DNA of 63,632 nt, counting the filler, from Octopus bimaculoides (taxonomy: Eukaryota), in the NCBI RefSeq assembly GCF_001194135.2. It is 5 parts of 5 records of this genome, joined end to end, with 100 filler letters (N's around TTAATTAATTAA, not from the genome) between each part and the next. Parts side by side here need not be neighbours in the genome. Positions count along the whole stretch, not along the records: positions 18,389 to 48,168 come from NC_068986.1; 4 more parts are not named here. One strand, 5' to 3'. Every line of letters begins with the position of its first letter. Within the stretch, counting starts at the first letter, position 1. Shown one piece after another: positions 25,985 through 38,135 of this stretch. Made by a program: the position numbers and the translations under genes. Below the pieces are notes generated by a model. The model searched no databases. It was not told the DNA's origin and saw nothing but the letters and a program-made list of their open reading frames with translations.

Positions 25985-26262
25985 TCTCCGTCGGTTACGA
26001 CGACGAGTGTCGAAGTTGATTCGAGCCTGCTCGTGAAGTTAACGTGTAAGTGGCTGAGCACAACACAAACACGCGTATCCGTAACGTTGTTCCCAGGGAG
26101 ATTCAGCTTGACACAAAATGTGATATGGCTGGCCCTTTGAAATACGGGTAGAACCCATTTTAACTAACGGAGAAGACTCGCTCAAGGACATAACGTGCCG
26201 CCTGGAATCGAATTCACAGAGTAACGATCGTGAGCCGAATATCCTTACCACTAAACCACGCG
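25985..26262 (-). mobile_element. Degenerate SINE A' (alternative head, family A tail)
   Basis: Family A tail homology (ctccgtcg.ttacgacgacgag...) joined to a head like that of 56140-56470. Confidence 0.65.
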
Positions 26263-28242
26263 CTTTCACATATCATGATATGGATTGTTTCAATCCACAC
26301 ATTCGGATAATTTATGTATTCCTTCCAGGGGTATATTTCCATCATAAAGCACTTCAATACATGGGAATCTTTGATATCGATATCTGGTGAATTTTCCCCG
26401 ATACAGTAGTCTCCTGCAGAAATAAACCCTACTAGCGAGTGAATTTAATGGGAAAATTACTTACACATCTCACCTTTCACTGATAAAAAAAGAGACGCCG
26501 TAATATCATATGGTTCACAATACCCTTTTATAGCAAAATACATTCTTTTATAGCACTAGACAAACAGAAACAGCTAGAAATTACGACATGCTAGAAATAA
26601 CACCCTGTCATCTTAAATAAAACAGGAAACAGTAGGCAGGGTTATACAAATAGATGGGAAGGTTATGACTAGAATACATTTCTACACAATCGGTGTTGAC
26701 CTGGAGCAAATTAATACTAAGTACAGCTCAACAATGCAACTGGACTCACGATGTATCAGTTGTATCATTTTCTCGTTTTTGATCAGCAATCGTTCTTTAC
26801 ATCAACTGAACCTTCGTAGAACCATTCTCTTCCTCCGGAAATGATTTCTTTTATTTTCAGAAAATTATTTATTCTTGGCGATATTATTACTGTAAAGGTT
26901 TTGTTATCTATAGGCAAGGTTTTGAGGCTTGCTAGTTTTCGTAAGCTCTTCACTGTTCTTATTCCGACCTAAAACTTCACTTCACTTGTTTTTCGTGCTT
27001 CAGTGATTTTTGTTTCGTTAGTTCTCCATAAAATCTTTCTAAATTGGGAAGTAGAACGGTTTGTTTTGTTACAAGAATAGCAGCTGCTTTTCTTACCGTC
27101 GGATTCTTTACAATTTTTAAGAGAAAATCTCGCTTTCTGTCTTCCTTGATTTCGATTACTTATACCATTGTTACGTTATATTTCTTCTGTAGTATGTACG
27201 TGCATATATATATATATATATANNNNNNNNNNNNNNNNNNNNNNNNNNNNNNNNNNNNNNNNNNNNNNNNNNNNNNNNNNNNNNNNNNNNNNNNNNNNNN
27301 NNNNNNNNNNNNNNNNNNNNNNNNNNNNNNNNNNNNNNNNNNNNNNNNNNNNNNNNNNNNNNNNNNNNNNNNNNNNNNNNNNNNNNNNNNNNNNNNNNNN
27401 NNNNNNNNNNNNNNNNNNNNNNNNNNNNNNNNNNNNNNNNNNNNNNNNNNNNNNNNNNNNNNNNNNNNNNNNNNNNNNNNNNNNNNNNNNNNNNNNNNNN
27501 NNNNNNNNNNNNNNNNNNNNNNNNNNNNNNNNNNNNNNNNNNNNNNNNNNNNNNNNNNNNNNNNNNNNNNNNNNNNNNNNNNNNNNNNNNNNNNNNNNNN
27601 NNNNNNNNNNNATATATATATATATATATATATACTCATATATAATTATGTGCATACATGTGTGTATATATATATATGCATATATACATATAATTATTAG
27701 TTATTAATGTGTCTCTATAAGGCGCGTCATATAACTATACTCTATATTACCCATGATGTTCCATTACTGCACCAATGAAAGCATATTCATATTCAGATAT
27801 ATAGAGTTACATTATGCAAATGTACAGGCTGTAATAACCCATAAAATAGATGTAAGGACCCTTCAGAAGGTAAGCAATTAAGCATTTACTTAATTATTTA
27901 TGTTGTCTACCTTCGAAAGAGGTAAAACTTGCGAAGTTGCATCACTGTAACCTACGAAAAGGAATAAAATAATCAAATTAACCACTTTATTCGTCTCTTG
28001 TAATTTAATGCTTAAATACACACACATATATACACAGACCACTACACAGATAGGTATACACACATACATACATCCACACACACTATTAAAACTCTATCAT
28101 TATGTATATATATATATATATGCTTTTAAGAAACTGTTATTTACATAAATACAATAAAATACACGCATCCATATTAAGTGGATGTTTGTAACCAGACATG
28201 TTTGTAACACATACATGTATATATACATATGGAAACGAACAC

Positions 28243-28289
<47 letters not shown>

Positions 28290-28428
28290 CGCATATATAT
28301 ACATATATATTTATTTTATGTATACACACGTCTATTCTATACACTTAAAATACATACATTCCTACACACACACACACACGCATATACATATATATGAGTG
28401 TATGCATGTCTGTATGTATGTATGCATG

Positions 28429-28503
<75 letters not shown>

Positions 28504-28832
28504 AGTATGTGAATATGTATGCATATGTGCGTGTCTGATTCTGTGCGCGTAAAAGAAAAAAATGAATCAATCTTTCAAAGACAGAAAAGATGTTGTTTTG
28601 TTGTTATTATTTTTTTCTTACAATTCTCTTACATAACCACCAAATCAATCATATTTGCTTGTGTCAGTGAACTCATTGTACCGTGAAATACTAATATTTT
28701 CTTATCAATAAATATTGAAAATAGAAATTGCACAATGTGGCATGTACGGAATTAGAAATGTACATAAAAATATGCGTACAACAACAAAAACAACAACAAC
28801 AACGACAACAATAACAGCTACTACTACTGATA

Positions 28833-28880
<48 letters not shown>
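28833..28880. repeat. (TAA)n microsatellite; further arrays at 29099-29165 and 30298-30343
   Basis: Direct read. Confidence 0.97.
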
Positions 28881-28900
<20 letters not shown>

Positions 28901-29098
28901 CAGAATCTCAAATTTTGGGAGAAGCGATTAAATCGATTACATCGACCCCAGTACGTAACTGGTACTAATTTTATCGACCCCAAAAGGATGAAAAGCAAAG
29001 GTGACCTCGGCGGATTTCGAACTCAAAACCTAACGGCAGACGAAATGCCGCTAAGTATTTCGCCCGGTGTGCTGAAGATTCTGCCGGTTAGCCGCCTT
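28881..29098 (-). mobile_element. SINE family C copy
   Basis: Reverse complement matches 58733-58964 (aaggcggc.a.c.ggcagaa... ccgccgaggtc.cctttgc.tttcatcc..tggggtcgat). Confidence 0.85.
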
Positions 29099-29231
29099 AG
29101 TAATAATAATAATAATGATAATAATAATAATAATAATAATAACAACAACGACAACAATAATAATAGGGTGGGGGAATGGAAGGGAGGGAAGGAAGGGAAG
29201 GGAAAGCGAAAGAAAGGAGAAAGGAAGAAGA

Positions 29232-30294
29232 GAAAGAAAAAGAGTGGGAGAGGTTTGATGAGTTGCCATGATTGTATCGAAGCAGAGGAAAACAGCCTAG
29301 GGTGGTATATGAAAAATACCGTAGAACCACTGCTGAAACACACGCAGAAGGCCGGCGTCATGAAAACTGAAAATTGTGTAACTGAAGAAAAAATTAAACA
29401 AGAAATGAACCAAAAAAAAAAAGAAAAAGAAAAAGAAAAAGTATGGAAGGAAAAGAAAATGTATGGTCAGTTTGCAAGAGATGTGAACGCCAAGACAGAT
29501 ACAGAGGACCGGTGGCTATGGATGAAGTGGAGTGGCCTGAAGATAGAGACAGAAGCACTCATATGCGCAGCTCAGGAACAAGCATTAAGGACCAATTATA
29601 TGAAATGCAGAATTGACAACACTACTGATAGCGACAAATGCAGAATGTGTGATGAGAGGGGTTAAACGGTATGGCACATCGTTATCGAATGCCTGAAATT
29701 GGCACAACGCGAATACAAACGATGCCATGACAAAATGGCAACAATGATCCATTGAGAGCTCTGTGGAAATCATGGCCTACAAACAGCAAAGGTGTGGTAT
29801 AAACAAATTCCAGAAGGAGTCACTGAGAATAAGAACTGCGAATCTTGTGGGATGTAATGATCTAGTGCAATCACCCGACTCAAACATAGGAAACCGGACA
29901 GTGTTGTAGTGAATAAAAAAAGAAAGAACATGTATGACTATCGACATAGCATGCCCCGGTGACAGCAGGATTAATGTGAAAGACGAAGAAAAAATAAATA
30001 ACTACGACGATTTAAAGTGGGAAATAATAAGGTTGTGGTCAATGAAGAGAGTCGATGGGATACCAATAGTAATTGGTGCACGTGGAAGTATCAGCACTCA
30101 ACTACGAACATGGCTGAAAAGGATCGGTACAAGTGTGAAAGTAGAACACCTACAAAAATCAGCATTGCTTGGAACTGCAAGAAATGTTCGCAGGGTTCTT
30201 GAAGCATGACCAGTAAACAAGTGTCACCTTAGTCTGCTGGTTGTGGACAGCTAACACTTCCCATCATACCCAGCAAAATAAGCTGTGAGTTTTC

Positions 30295-30297
<3 letters not shown>
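29232..30297 (+). pseudogene. 5'-truncated R4/Dong-clade non-LTR retrotransposon (CCHC knuckle + restriction-like endonuclease)
   Basis: GRGLMSCHDC; LKIETEALICAAQEQALRTN; CRMC..TVWHIVIEC zinc knuckle; RKPD...TIDIACPGD RLE core; IVIGARG...LQKSALLGTAR terminus. In-frame stops and a frameshift are present. The 3' UTR ends in (TAA)n. Confidence 0.9.
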
Positions 30298-30344
<47 letters not shown>

Positions 30345-30417
30345 GGAGATGAGTCGATTACATCGACCCTAGTGTTCAAATGGTACTTTATTTTATCGAC
30401 CCCAAAAAGACAAGCAG

Positions 30418-30515
30418 AGGAAAAGATGGCTGTGGATGACTCAAAGTGATTTAAAACCGGAACCGGGTCTCTAATCTGTGCTGCCCAAGAGCAAGCACTA
30501 AGAACAAACTAAATT
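30418..30515 (+). mobile_element. Short second R4-like fragment
   Basis: KRWLWMTQSDLKP followed (after a frameshift) by LICAAQEQALRTN; paralogous to 29510-29600. Confidence 0.75.
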
Positions 30516-31317
30516 ATTAGAGGAAAGACAAAGGCTCGAGCTTCCAAGACATAAATGCACACAAAGTAGTTAAAGAAAAACTTTAAAAGATACTAAAGGA
30601 GAGATAAACATTGTTAGACGATATTTTTCAGCTGGGATCGTCACGCTGTATAAAGGACTATATTATCTCATGTCCACTTCCTTTTTTAAAACGTAGGGTA
30701 TCATTTAAGGTACATTTGGATTCTATTTCTGGCAACCACATAGAGGCCCTATCGGTGGATCGTTATCATCTTTAATGCAACAGTCCTAAAACTACTCCCC
30801 ATCAAAGATCACTTTTAGTGAAACGAATTTCCATAATTATCGTTTTGAATATTTCCTAATAAACAAGTAAATTTATTAACAACAAACACGCTTTCCCAGT
30901 TTCATCTCCAAGTTGATAGATTTACGTAACGAAGTAAGCAATTAAATAAATGATATAAATTACAAAAATATCTCATTTCTGTTACTCAATGATTTATACT
31001 GATCTGTTACAATGTTCTGAATTTCTAGTTAAAAGACAGACAGTTTGAAATACTGATTAGTTTTCTCATTCACTCTTGTTTCTATTTTATATAATACAGC
31101 GACTAGAAGACCTGCTTTCATAAATATACCGTATTTGTCGGTGTGTAAGAAATGCTTTTTCATTCTGAAATGCATAAAAAATTTGTCCTGCATGTATTGC
31201 TGTTGTATTACGGATGAAAGACCAAATGCTGTCTGTAGGTTAGGGAGCCAGATGAGCAAAAGTCTTCTAGGCACAATAATAGTTACTACTAATGAAATAT
31301 TGGCTTCAAATTTTTTT

Positions 31318-31502
31318 TGGCACAAGGCCAGCAATTTTTTGGGAAAAAGATAAGTTGATCACATCGATCTCAGTGCTCAACTGGTACTTATTTTATCGAT
31401 CCTGTGGATGAAAGGCAGAGTCGACCTTGGTGGAATTTGAACTCAGAACTGCCGCTATGCATATTACCTGGCGTGCTAATGATTCTGCCGCCTTGCCGCC
31501 TT
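31318..31502 (-). mobile_element. SINE family C copy (tail type 2)
   Basis: Homology to 58733-58900; tail ends ...ccttgtgcc. Confidence 0.8.
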
Positions 31503-31734
31503 ACCAATAATAAACTACTGGGAACAAGCCAAATGACTACTGTCTGTAAGCACAAACCTACGAAAAAATTCTTACGCTTCGTTGTCACTTATGTGGGGAG
31601 GTCACATTATATCACTGTATCTACTTCTTCTGCATACATAACCTACCGCTGATATGTGACATTAATTAACGACTAAGAAATACTTTAAATTATCTAAATT
31701 AAAATTCTTCTAGGAAGTTGAAAGGAATATTCTT

Positions 31735-31995
31735 TTCTACTCTAGGCACAAGGCCCGAAATTTTTGATGAGGGGGACAGTTGATTAGATCGAATCCAGTA
31801 TGCAACTGGTACTTATTTTATCGACCCCAAAAGGATTGAAAGGCAAAGTCGACCTCGGCGGAATTTGAACTCAGAACGTAGAGACAGATGATATACCGCT
31901 AAGCATTTCGCCCGGCGTGCTAACGTTTCTTATTTCTTTATTGCCCTCAAGGGGCTAAACATAGAGGGGACAACGTTTCTGCCAGCTTGCAGCCT
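31735..31995 (-). mobile_element. SINE family C copy containing a nested 41-bp SINE tail
   Basis: Homology to 58733; insert 31931-31971 is flanked by duplicated AACGTTTCT. Confidence 0.85.
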
Positions 31996-32649
31996 TAATT
32001 GAAAAGGATGTTGACTAACTACCAGATACCTGTCAGTTACTCCATTGAGTGGATGACAATAAAGCCATAATGTTGTGCCACACCGGTGGCTGATGGCAGT
32101 TGCATAAAACGTTATAGTCAGAAATACAAGTTTTACATCGCGTGTGACAATTCTCCTGACCAAAATATAAACAGCAACATGGTTGATCTGAAAGAGGATA
32201 AAGTTAAAATACGGTATTTCCGTAACGTAATTATTTATGATACATTTATGGTTTCATAACTAACACAGTAGTTATATATATTTTCACATATGATATACTA
32301 ACTCAATATTGTATTTGCATGCACAGAATCATGCATTTCCCCAACAAGACCACGTCAAAATATCTTTCAATAAGTGCACGATGAGACATATTAAATTTGT
32401 ATTTTGTTCCCTACAAAATATACTCCTAAAATAGGGGTGCGTCTTATATGGCGGAAAATACGGTCTGTAGTGAGGAATAACACTATATATATTTAAGTAC
32501 TTTAATACTTTAGGTACTTGTTATATGTACTCATTCTTTACCTTAACTCAGTAAAATGTCACACGAAAGTTTAACAAAATTATTTTGTTAATGTTAAGTT
32601 AAATATTTCAAATTTCTTTTAAGCCTTCAAATCAAAGGAATTATCAATC

Positions 32650-34620
32650 TATTTGTTATAGGTGTCAAAAGAAAAACGAATAACGAGAATAATTTCTAAA
32701 TTTGTTCTTTAAACATTGCAAGTGCAGAATGGCAAAAGTTTTTTTCAGTGAGGTTATCCATTTGGTACTGCAAGAAAGTGAATCGCAGAAAGGTTTCAAA
32801 CATACCACTTTGCAGACAGACTAGAAGTTTAATTTTACGATCATAGCTTCTACTTTACCGTCAAATTTCAAAATAGTTATGAATCTTTCCCGTGGATTTA
32901 AATTTAGGGTAGTGAAACATGTAAAACTGTCAGACATATATGGGCCTTGGATAGCCACAAAAAGTTAAGGAATCATTCCTTCTTATAGAATAGCTTATAA
33001 CGAAGAAATAATTGTTTTTTTCACCACTCAGTGGAAATATGTTGGGAAATACTCTGCCATGAGACAACCGACAGACTTAAGGATGTAAGGGCTGTTATTT
33101 ATAGGAACACCTATCGGCTTACAGAAAATGCTAAAGATCGGGAAATTTAATGAATGAGATTTTAATAAAATTAATTACCATATTTTGGTAGACTCTGTAT
33201 TATGGAAAACGTAGCCTGGTTTTGGAAATGCAAGAGTAGAGTCCGGCGGGGACTCATTAAATGTCAGTTATCAGGCAGAATCGGCAGGTAAACCAGCCGC
33301 GTATTTACGCCCATCGCTGAATGAAATCACCACATAATGGTCAGCTACCGGGTGGTTTGCTGCCGGGTATTATTGTAGTACTTAACACTATGTTCTTCAC
33401 TTTAACTGTTCTATAAATATTCATTTATTTACTTATTTACTGAGTAACTGTAACTGCATTTATATCAACATTTTGAGTCAAGTGAAATATTTTATAGTAT
33501 AGACAATACTTTCAATTGCTAAGTAATGAAATAACAATCTTAGTAAAGGTTTAATTCCAGTTAGCCTTAGTAAGACTATAATAATAACTACTCAATAAGC
33601 ATCGTGGAAGATGCATAATAATTTCCAAAGTTAATATTTTACAAAAAAAGGGCGCCTTCTATGCTGAAATGTCCCCAAGTAATCTTCAATTTTCTTGACA
33701 CTTAGTTTTTGCAACCAATAATTTTATATATTTGCTGCAATGCATTCATTCATTTGAAATTTGGGTATAATAACTCGAATATTTGCCCCGAGTCTTCTGT
33801 ATATTCTTGACATTGCAAGAAGCTCCACCAATATTGAGTTCTATATATTTTGACCACCCAATTCCATTGCAATAATGAAATCCTTCAGATTATTAAAAAT
33901 AGAATCAGTTAGCTTGCGGGGTGACAATGGTTGACAAAACAGAAAACCTTTCCTAATTGTATCTTCAAATTCATAGCATATCAATACAAACAAATCGAAA
34001 CTTTTAGCAGCATCGGTACTTTCATCTAATTGTAAAGAATACTACTGATTTTATTTTTTAACATTCTTTTCACTTGCTGATTTTTTAACATTATCAGACA
34101 CGTCTTCTATTCGGCGATTCACAGTGGTGTTTGATAATGAAATCATATTATAATTCTTTTCTTCTTTGTCCCCTTGTATTCTAGAAGCAATTGCTTTGGC
34201 AGCAGGTAGAATTAGTTCCTCTGATATGGTGCGTAGTTCTCCACTCGTTCCCATTAAAAGAGACACATCATTCCAAGCTAATACAATGTTTTTATTACCA
34301 GAGCCAGTTGCTATATTTTCTATTGAATTTTGTTTTCAAAGCATTTCTCGCTGTCTTTTTTGAAGATATCCAACAGGTTTGTTGATGTATTCTTTATGTG
34401 TCATTTCTAAATGCCGGCGAAGTTTGGCTAGATTCACACTTTCATTTGAAAATGTTTTATAACAAAGAATAGATGGTGGCTTCTTCGCGGCTTCTGCACA
34501 TAAATTTCAAAGTTCATGTATTCAATATAACATTTATGGATTTTGCATTCAGGAATTATTCAGACACATAAGCACTGAGCATTGGTAACAGTCGTTCAAT
34601 ATTTGGATGTTGCTGTGTGG
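32650..34620 (-). mobile_element. Degenerate hAT transposase, Buster/Charlie (ZBED5/SCAND3-like) type
   Basis: LAKLRRHLEMTH; TISEELILPAAKAI..MISLSNTTVNRRIEDVS; QLDESTDAAK; YMSDSFT..LNLN..KVEAMIVKL, in the expected order with many stops. Confidence 0.85.
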
Positions 34621-34989
34621 TGTGCTGTTGTCGAAGATCGGTCTCGTCCTTGACAAATGTAAAATTCTGGGCCTGCGATACAGAGATTGCCTGGCACATG
34701 GGTTTCACAAATACATAAAACAATCTGAGAAAATATATGTCATAAATTATATCCCGAAGACTTGCCTTGCTTTTACATTTATATGCTGTTTGTCTTTTAG
34801 TTAGGAAGGAAGAAAATAACCATTACCCATTACAGGGCCCCTGAGACTGTTAGGAGGGAGTAAGGAAATATCCTCATACTGGAAGCCTGAGTGCCTGCAG
34901 CAGAGTTAACTTCGTTAAGAGTACTCAGGGTGCCAAGTAGTAGTGTTTAAGCTGGGTGACGTGTCAAGCCTACCAACCGTGCAGACGTT

Positions 34990-35210
34990 CGTGGGATTTG
35001 AACTCGGAGCACATAAAGCCAATGCAAATACAGGAAGGCATCTGATCCAGCGATTTTATAGTCCACTCACCCACAACCTTGAATGGTATATTTTCTTATC
35101 GATCACAAAGCGATGGAAGGCAAAGTTGATCTTGACAGGATTTGAACGCAGAGCATATACCGCAAATAATTCTGTCTGACGTTCTGCCCACTCTGTTAAT
35201 TCGCCACCTA
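34990..35210 (-). mobile_element. Degenerate SINE family C-like remnants
   Basis: ggaaggcaaagttgatcttg..ggatttgaac motifs homologous to family C. Confidence 0.55.
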
Positions 35211-35239
35211 AATACTTTACAAGGCACAGGTGAGACACT

Positions 35240-35450
35240 CAAGGGAAGACTTTTACCACACTGCTGTACACAAAATACATTCTATATTACACCCAGAAAA
35301 GGGCTGCTCATCTGATTGTTATAAAACCATTCACAGACTCACTCCTATCTCTGGCCAACTCCAGCCTCAACCTGCACGAACCACTTCACCCAATCTTTCT
35401 CTTACAAAACGTCATGTCTCTGAAACTCCTTCACTGCGAGGAGAATATGA
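35240..35450 (+). mobile_element. CR1-group LINE fragment (3' part of ORF2)
   Basis: TQKRAAHLIVIKPFTDSLLSLA resembles the recalled CR1 motif IQKRA.RLI....LT..LQSL.HRR. Confidence 0.4.
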
Positions 35451-35556
35451 ATATTTCGCTATTTCCCGACGGTGTTGATTTGTAATAGCATCAGTTTAGT
35501 CGGTGTCGGGAGAGTCGCGGATGTCATAGGCGCTACCTCTTCATTCAGATCTAGTA

Positions 35557-35628
<72 letters not shown>

Positions 35629-36518
35629 TTATAAATGGACGCACATAGACACCCACACACATAGACACCCACACACATACAAGCTTATATGTAATAACCA
35701 ATATTTTATTAATTGAAATGCATTTGCCATCCACTTTTAATACGGGATAAGAGGAATTAAACATAGTCATTCATCATATTTTACAAAACGATATGGTTAA
35801 TGCACTCAAGAATTTGAAAGCACATCTCTGCAGCGACATATTTCTGGAAATATATTGTATCTTATCACGTGATCAAGGAAACTTTAAACAGAGCGCATTG
35901 CTAAAATTCATGGACATGGCAATCAATATTTTCACTTGTTCACCTTGATTTCGTTACTGCTCACTAAACTATAACATAGACTTACTGTTAGCATTTGATT
36001 CCATTACTGTGTAATTTATTTCGCTGCTTTGTTGGATTCTTCGTAACTTGTACACTTTCTGCAGATGACATATTTGATTGAAATGTTTCTTTAGAGCGTG
36101 AATTCCATAAATTCTGGAACTTTCTACCAGTAAAATCACAACTAGATTTGGCAGCTGCCCACGACAAGCAAACCACACCTCTAGTTTTAGTACTTAAATG
36201 CACATGCTGCATGTTAGAGCTTTTAGTTGAAGTTTCAGCTGATTCAATTTCATGTTTCTTAACAGTGGATTGGTAGAATCGGTAGAGAAACGGACAAAAT
36301 CTTTTTGGTTTTTAAGAGTTCAAATTTCACCAGGGTCAGATTTGTTTTATATTATTCTGTAGTCGATGGATTATTGTTTCAGCCAGTACTGAGGCCGATA
36401 TAGTAGACTATAACCTTTCCGGTTATCAGCAGTATGTGGACCAGAACAGTCATCAGACTGAAAACAGACGTTGATAAAAAAATATATAAAAAAATAACAT
36501 TTTGTTTATAGATTCTAT

Positions 36519-36690
36519 TAGGAGATGGGCTTGTGGTAAGAAGTTTGCTTCCCGACCATATAGTTCCGGTTTTCAGTCCCACTGCAAGGAACCTTGGGCA
36601 AGTGTCTTTTACAATAACCTCAGGCCGACCAAAGCCTTGTGAGAGGATATGGTAGAAGGAAACTGAAAGAAGGCCGTCGTATATATATAT
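36519..36690 (+). mobile_element. SINE family B 5' half
   Basis: Head plus ccttgggcaagtgtcttt...ggccgaccaaagccttgtgag, ending at the internal (TA)n. Confidence 0.85.
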
Positions 36691-36922
36691 ATCAGTCGAC
36701 AGCTTATATGTCCCATTATTAGACTAGTTTGTTTAGCCATTGCACGGTGATCGCTTATAAGCTTTAAGCTTTTAAAATACTATTATTATTATTATTTGCA
36801 GAATTGTAAAAATCGACACTGCTTAACAAAAACCATCGCAGTAAGAGCACATGAAAGTTTGTTTACAAAAGCAACATTACGAACTAATTATAGTTCTTAA
36901 ATTTGACGAAAAGAAGCAACGT

Positions 36923-36996
36923 TGTACGTTGGTGTAAATGGTTAGCATACTTGTCACGAAAACAAAGAGATGTGGGTTCGAGTCCCATGCTTACGG
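36923..36996 (+). tRNA. tRNA-like pseudogene, anticodon ambiguous
   Basis: A box TGGTGTAAATGG, B box GGTTCGAGTCC, T stem GTGGG/CCCAT, pairable acceptor TGTACGT/GCTTACG, T8 at 37006-37013. Anticodon arm is irregular. Confidence 0.55.
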
Positions 36997-37671
36997 GAAA
37001 ACCTATTTTTTTTCCGCCGAGGGCTTATATGCTCCGTTAATAGACTATTTTCTTTAGTCATTGCATGGTGATTGCTTATAAGATACTATGGTTATTATTT
37101 ACAGAATATTCACTCATCATATAAAATATGCACAGCTAGAAGTACGCTGTAGTTATTATAAATCATGTAACAATAACGTAATATTTAAACTTACTGAAAT
37201 GTGTTAATAATGTTATGGAGCCAAAGTAATTTATAAAAGAACGCTCAAATCAGCTTGGGGTTAAACTAGTAGTAACATTCAACTACCACTTTGATGTGGC
37301 TACTCGCTTAACTGTTTAGTATACGTTATACCTCTATCTCATCTTGAGATTTTATAACTGGCTATTTTGCGTGTTGCAAATCAGCGACCGATAGTCACTT
37401 TGTGTACAATATAACACTGGCAGAAGCGGATCCTAGCTATCACTCCAGTGCGCAGGTGCGCGCGGCTGATGATGAGCTCGAAATTGGGCCAGTCCCGCGA
37501 TCCTGTTCGCTGCTGAAGGGTAGTAGGGGTTTGCTCCCGCTGTTAGCGGTATATTGTATATGAAGGGTGCAGAGCTGTTGCCCCGAAAACCAGCTGGTGG
37601 AGAATCTGCCTGGGGTTAAACTAGTCATAACATTCAACTGCCGCTTGGATCTGGCTACTCGGTTTACTGTT

Positions 37672-37753
<82 letters not shown>

Positions 37754-37767
37754 CGTGTGAGTGTGTG

Positions 37768-38135
37768 TGGAGGCACAATGGCCCAGTGGTTAGGGCAGCG
37801 GACTCGCGGTCATAGGATTGCAGTTTCGATTCCCAGACCGGGCGTTGTGAGTGTTTATTGAGCGAAAACACATAAATCATCTCCACGAGGCTCCGGCAGG
37901 TGGTGGTGGCGAACCCTGCTGTACTCTTTCACCACAACTTTCTCTCACTCTTTCTTCCTGTTTCTGTTGTACCTGTATTTCAAAGGGCCAGCCTTGTCGC
38001 ACTCTGTGTCACGCTGAATCTCCCTGAGAACTACGTTAAGAGTACTCGTGTCTGTGGAGTGCTCAGCCACTTGCACGTTAATTTCACGAGCAGGCTGTTC
38101 CGTTGATCGGATCAACTGGAACCCTCGTCGTCGTT
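37768..38135 (+). mobile_element. Full-length SINE family A
   Basis: Near-identical to 57529-57905 and to the reverse complement of 22186-22547. Confidence 0.9.

Larger units (their letters stand above)
22900..27180 (-). mobile_element. Old fragmented R4/Dong-like LINE interrupted by younger insertions
   Basis: Colinear minus-strand remnants: possible N-terminal part at 26760-27180; RT region EYKYKSV..ETKLQNG at 24300-24580; GKSLYGRLIRQ..SLKSGG..RESKYLII..QE..KIDRSQQ at 23438-23629; RLE end ELRKLYKL..ILVVIEAL..GIGIERQI at 22900-23130. Joining them into one copy is inference. Confidence 0.5.
31129..32463. mobile_element. Probable pogo/Tigger-like DNA transposon remnant carrying nested SINEs
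   Basis: Imperfect TIRs CCGTATTT(G/T)(T/C)CG...TAAGA (16/22). Minus-strand fragment at about 31995-32080 resembles the DDE motif VIPGGMT..QVLDVVVNKPF. Confidence 0.4.

Noticed and set aside
28715-29665. 316-aa ORF with poly-T and poly-N tracts
   Set aside because: Chance read-through of (CAA)n, (TAA)n and an antisense SINE into the LINE frame; only the last 140 or so residues are LINE-derived.
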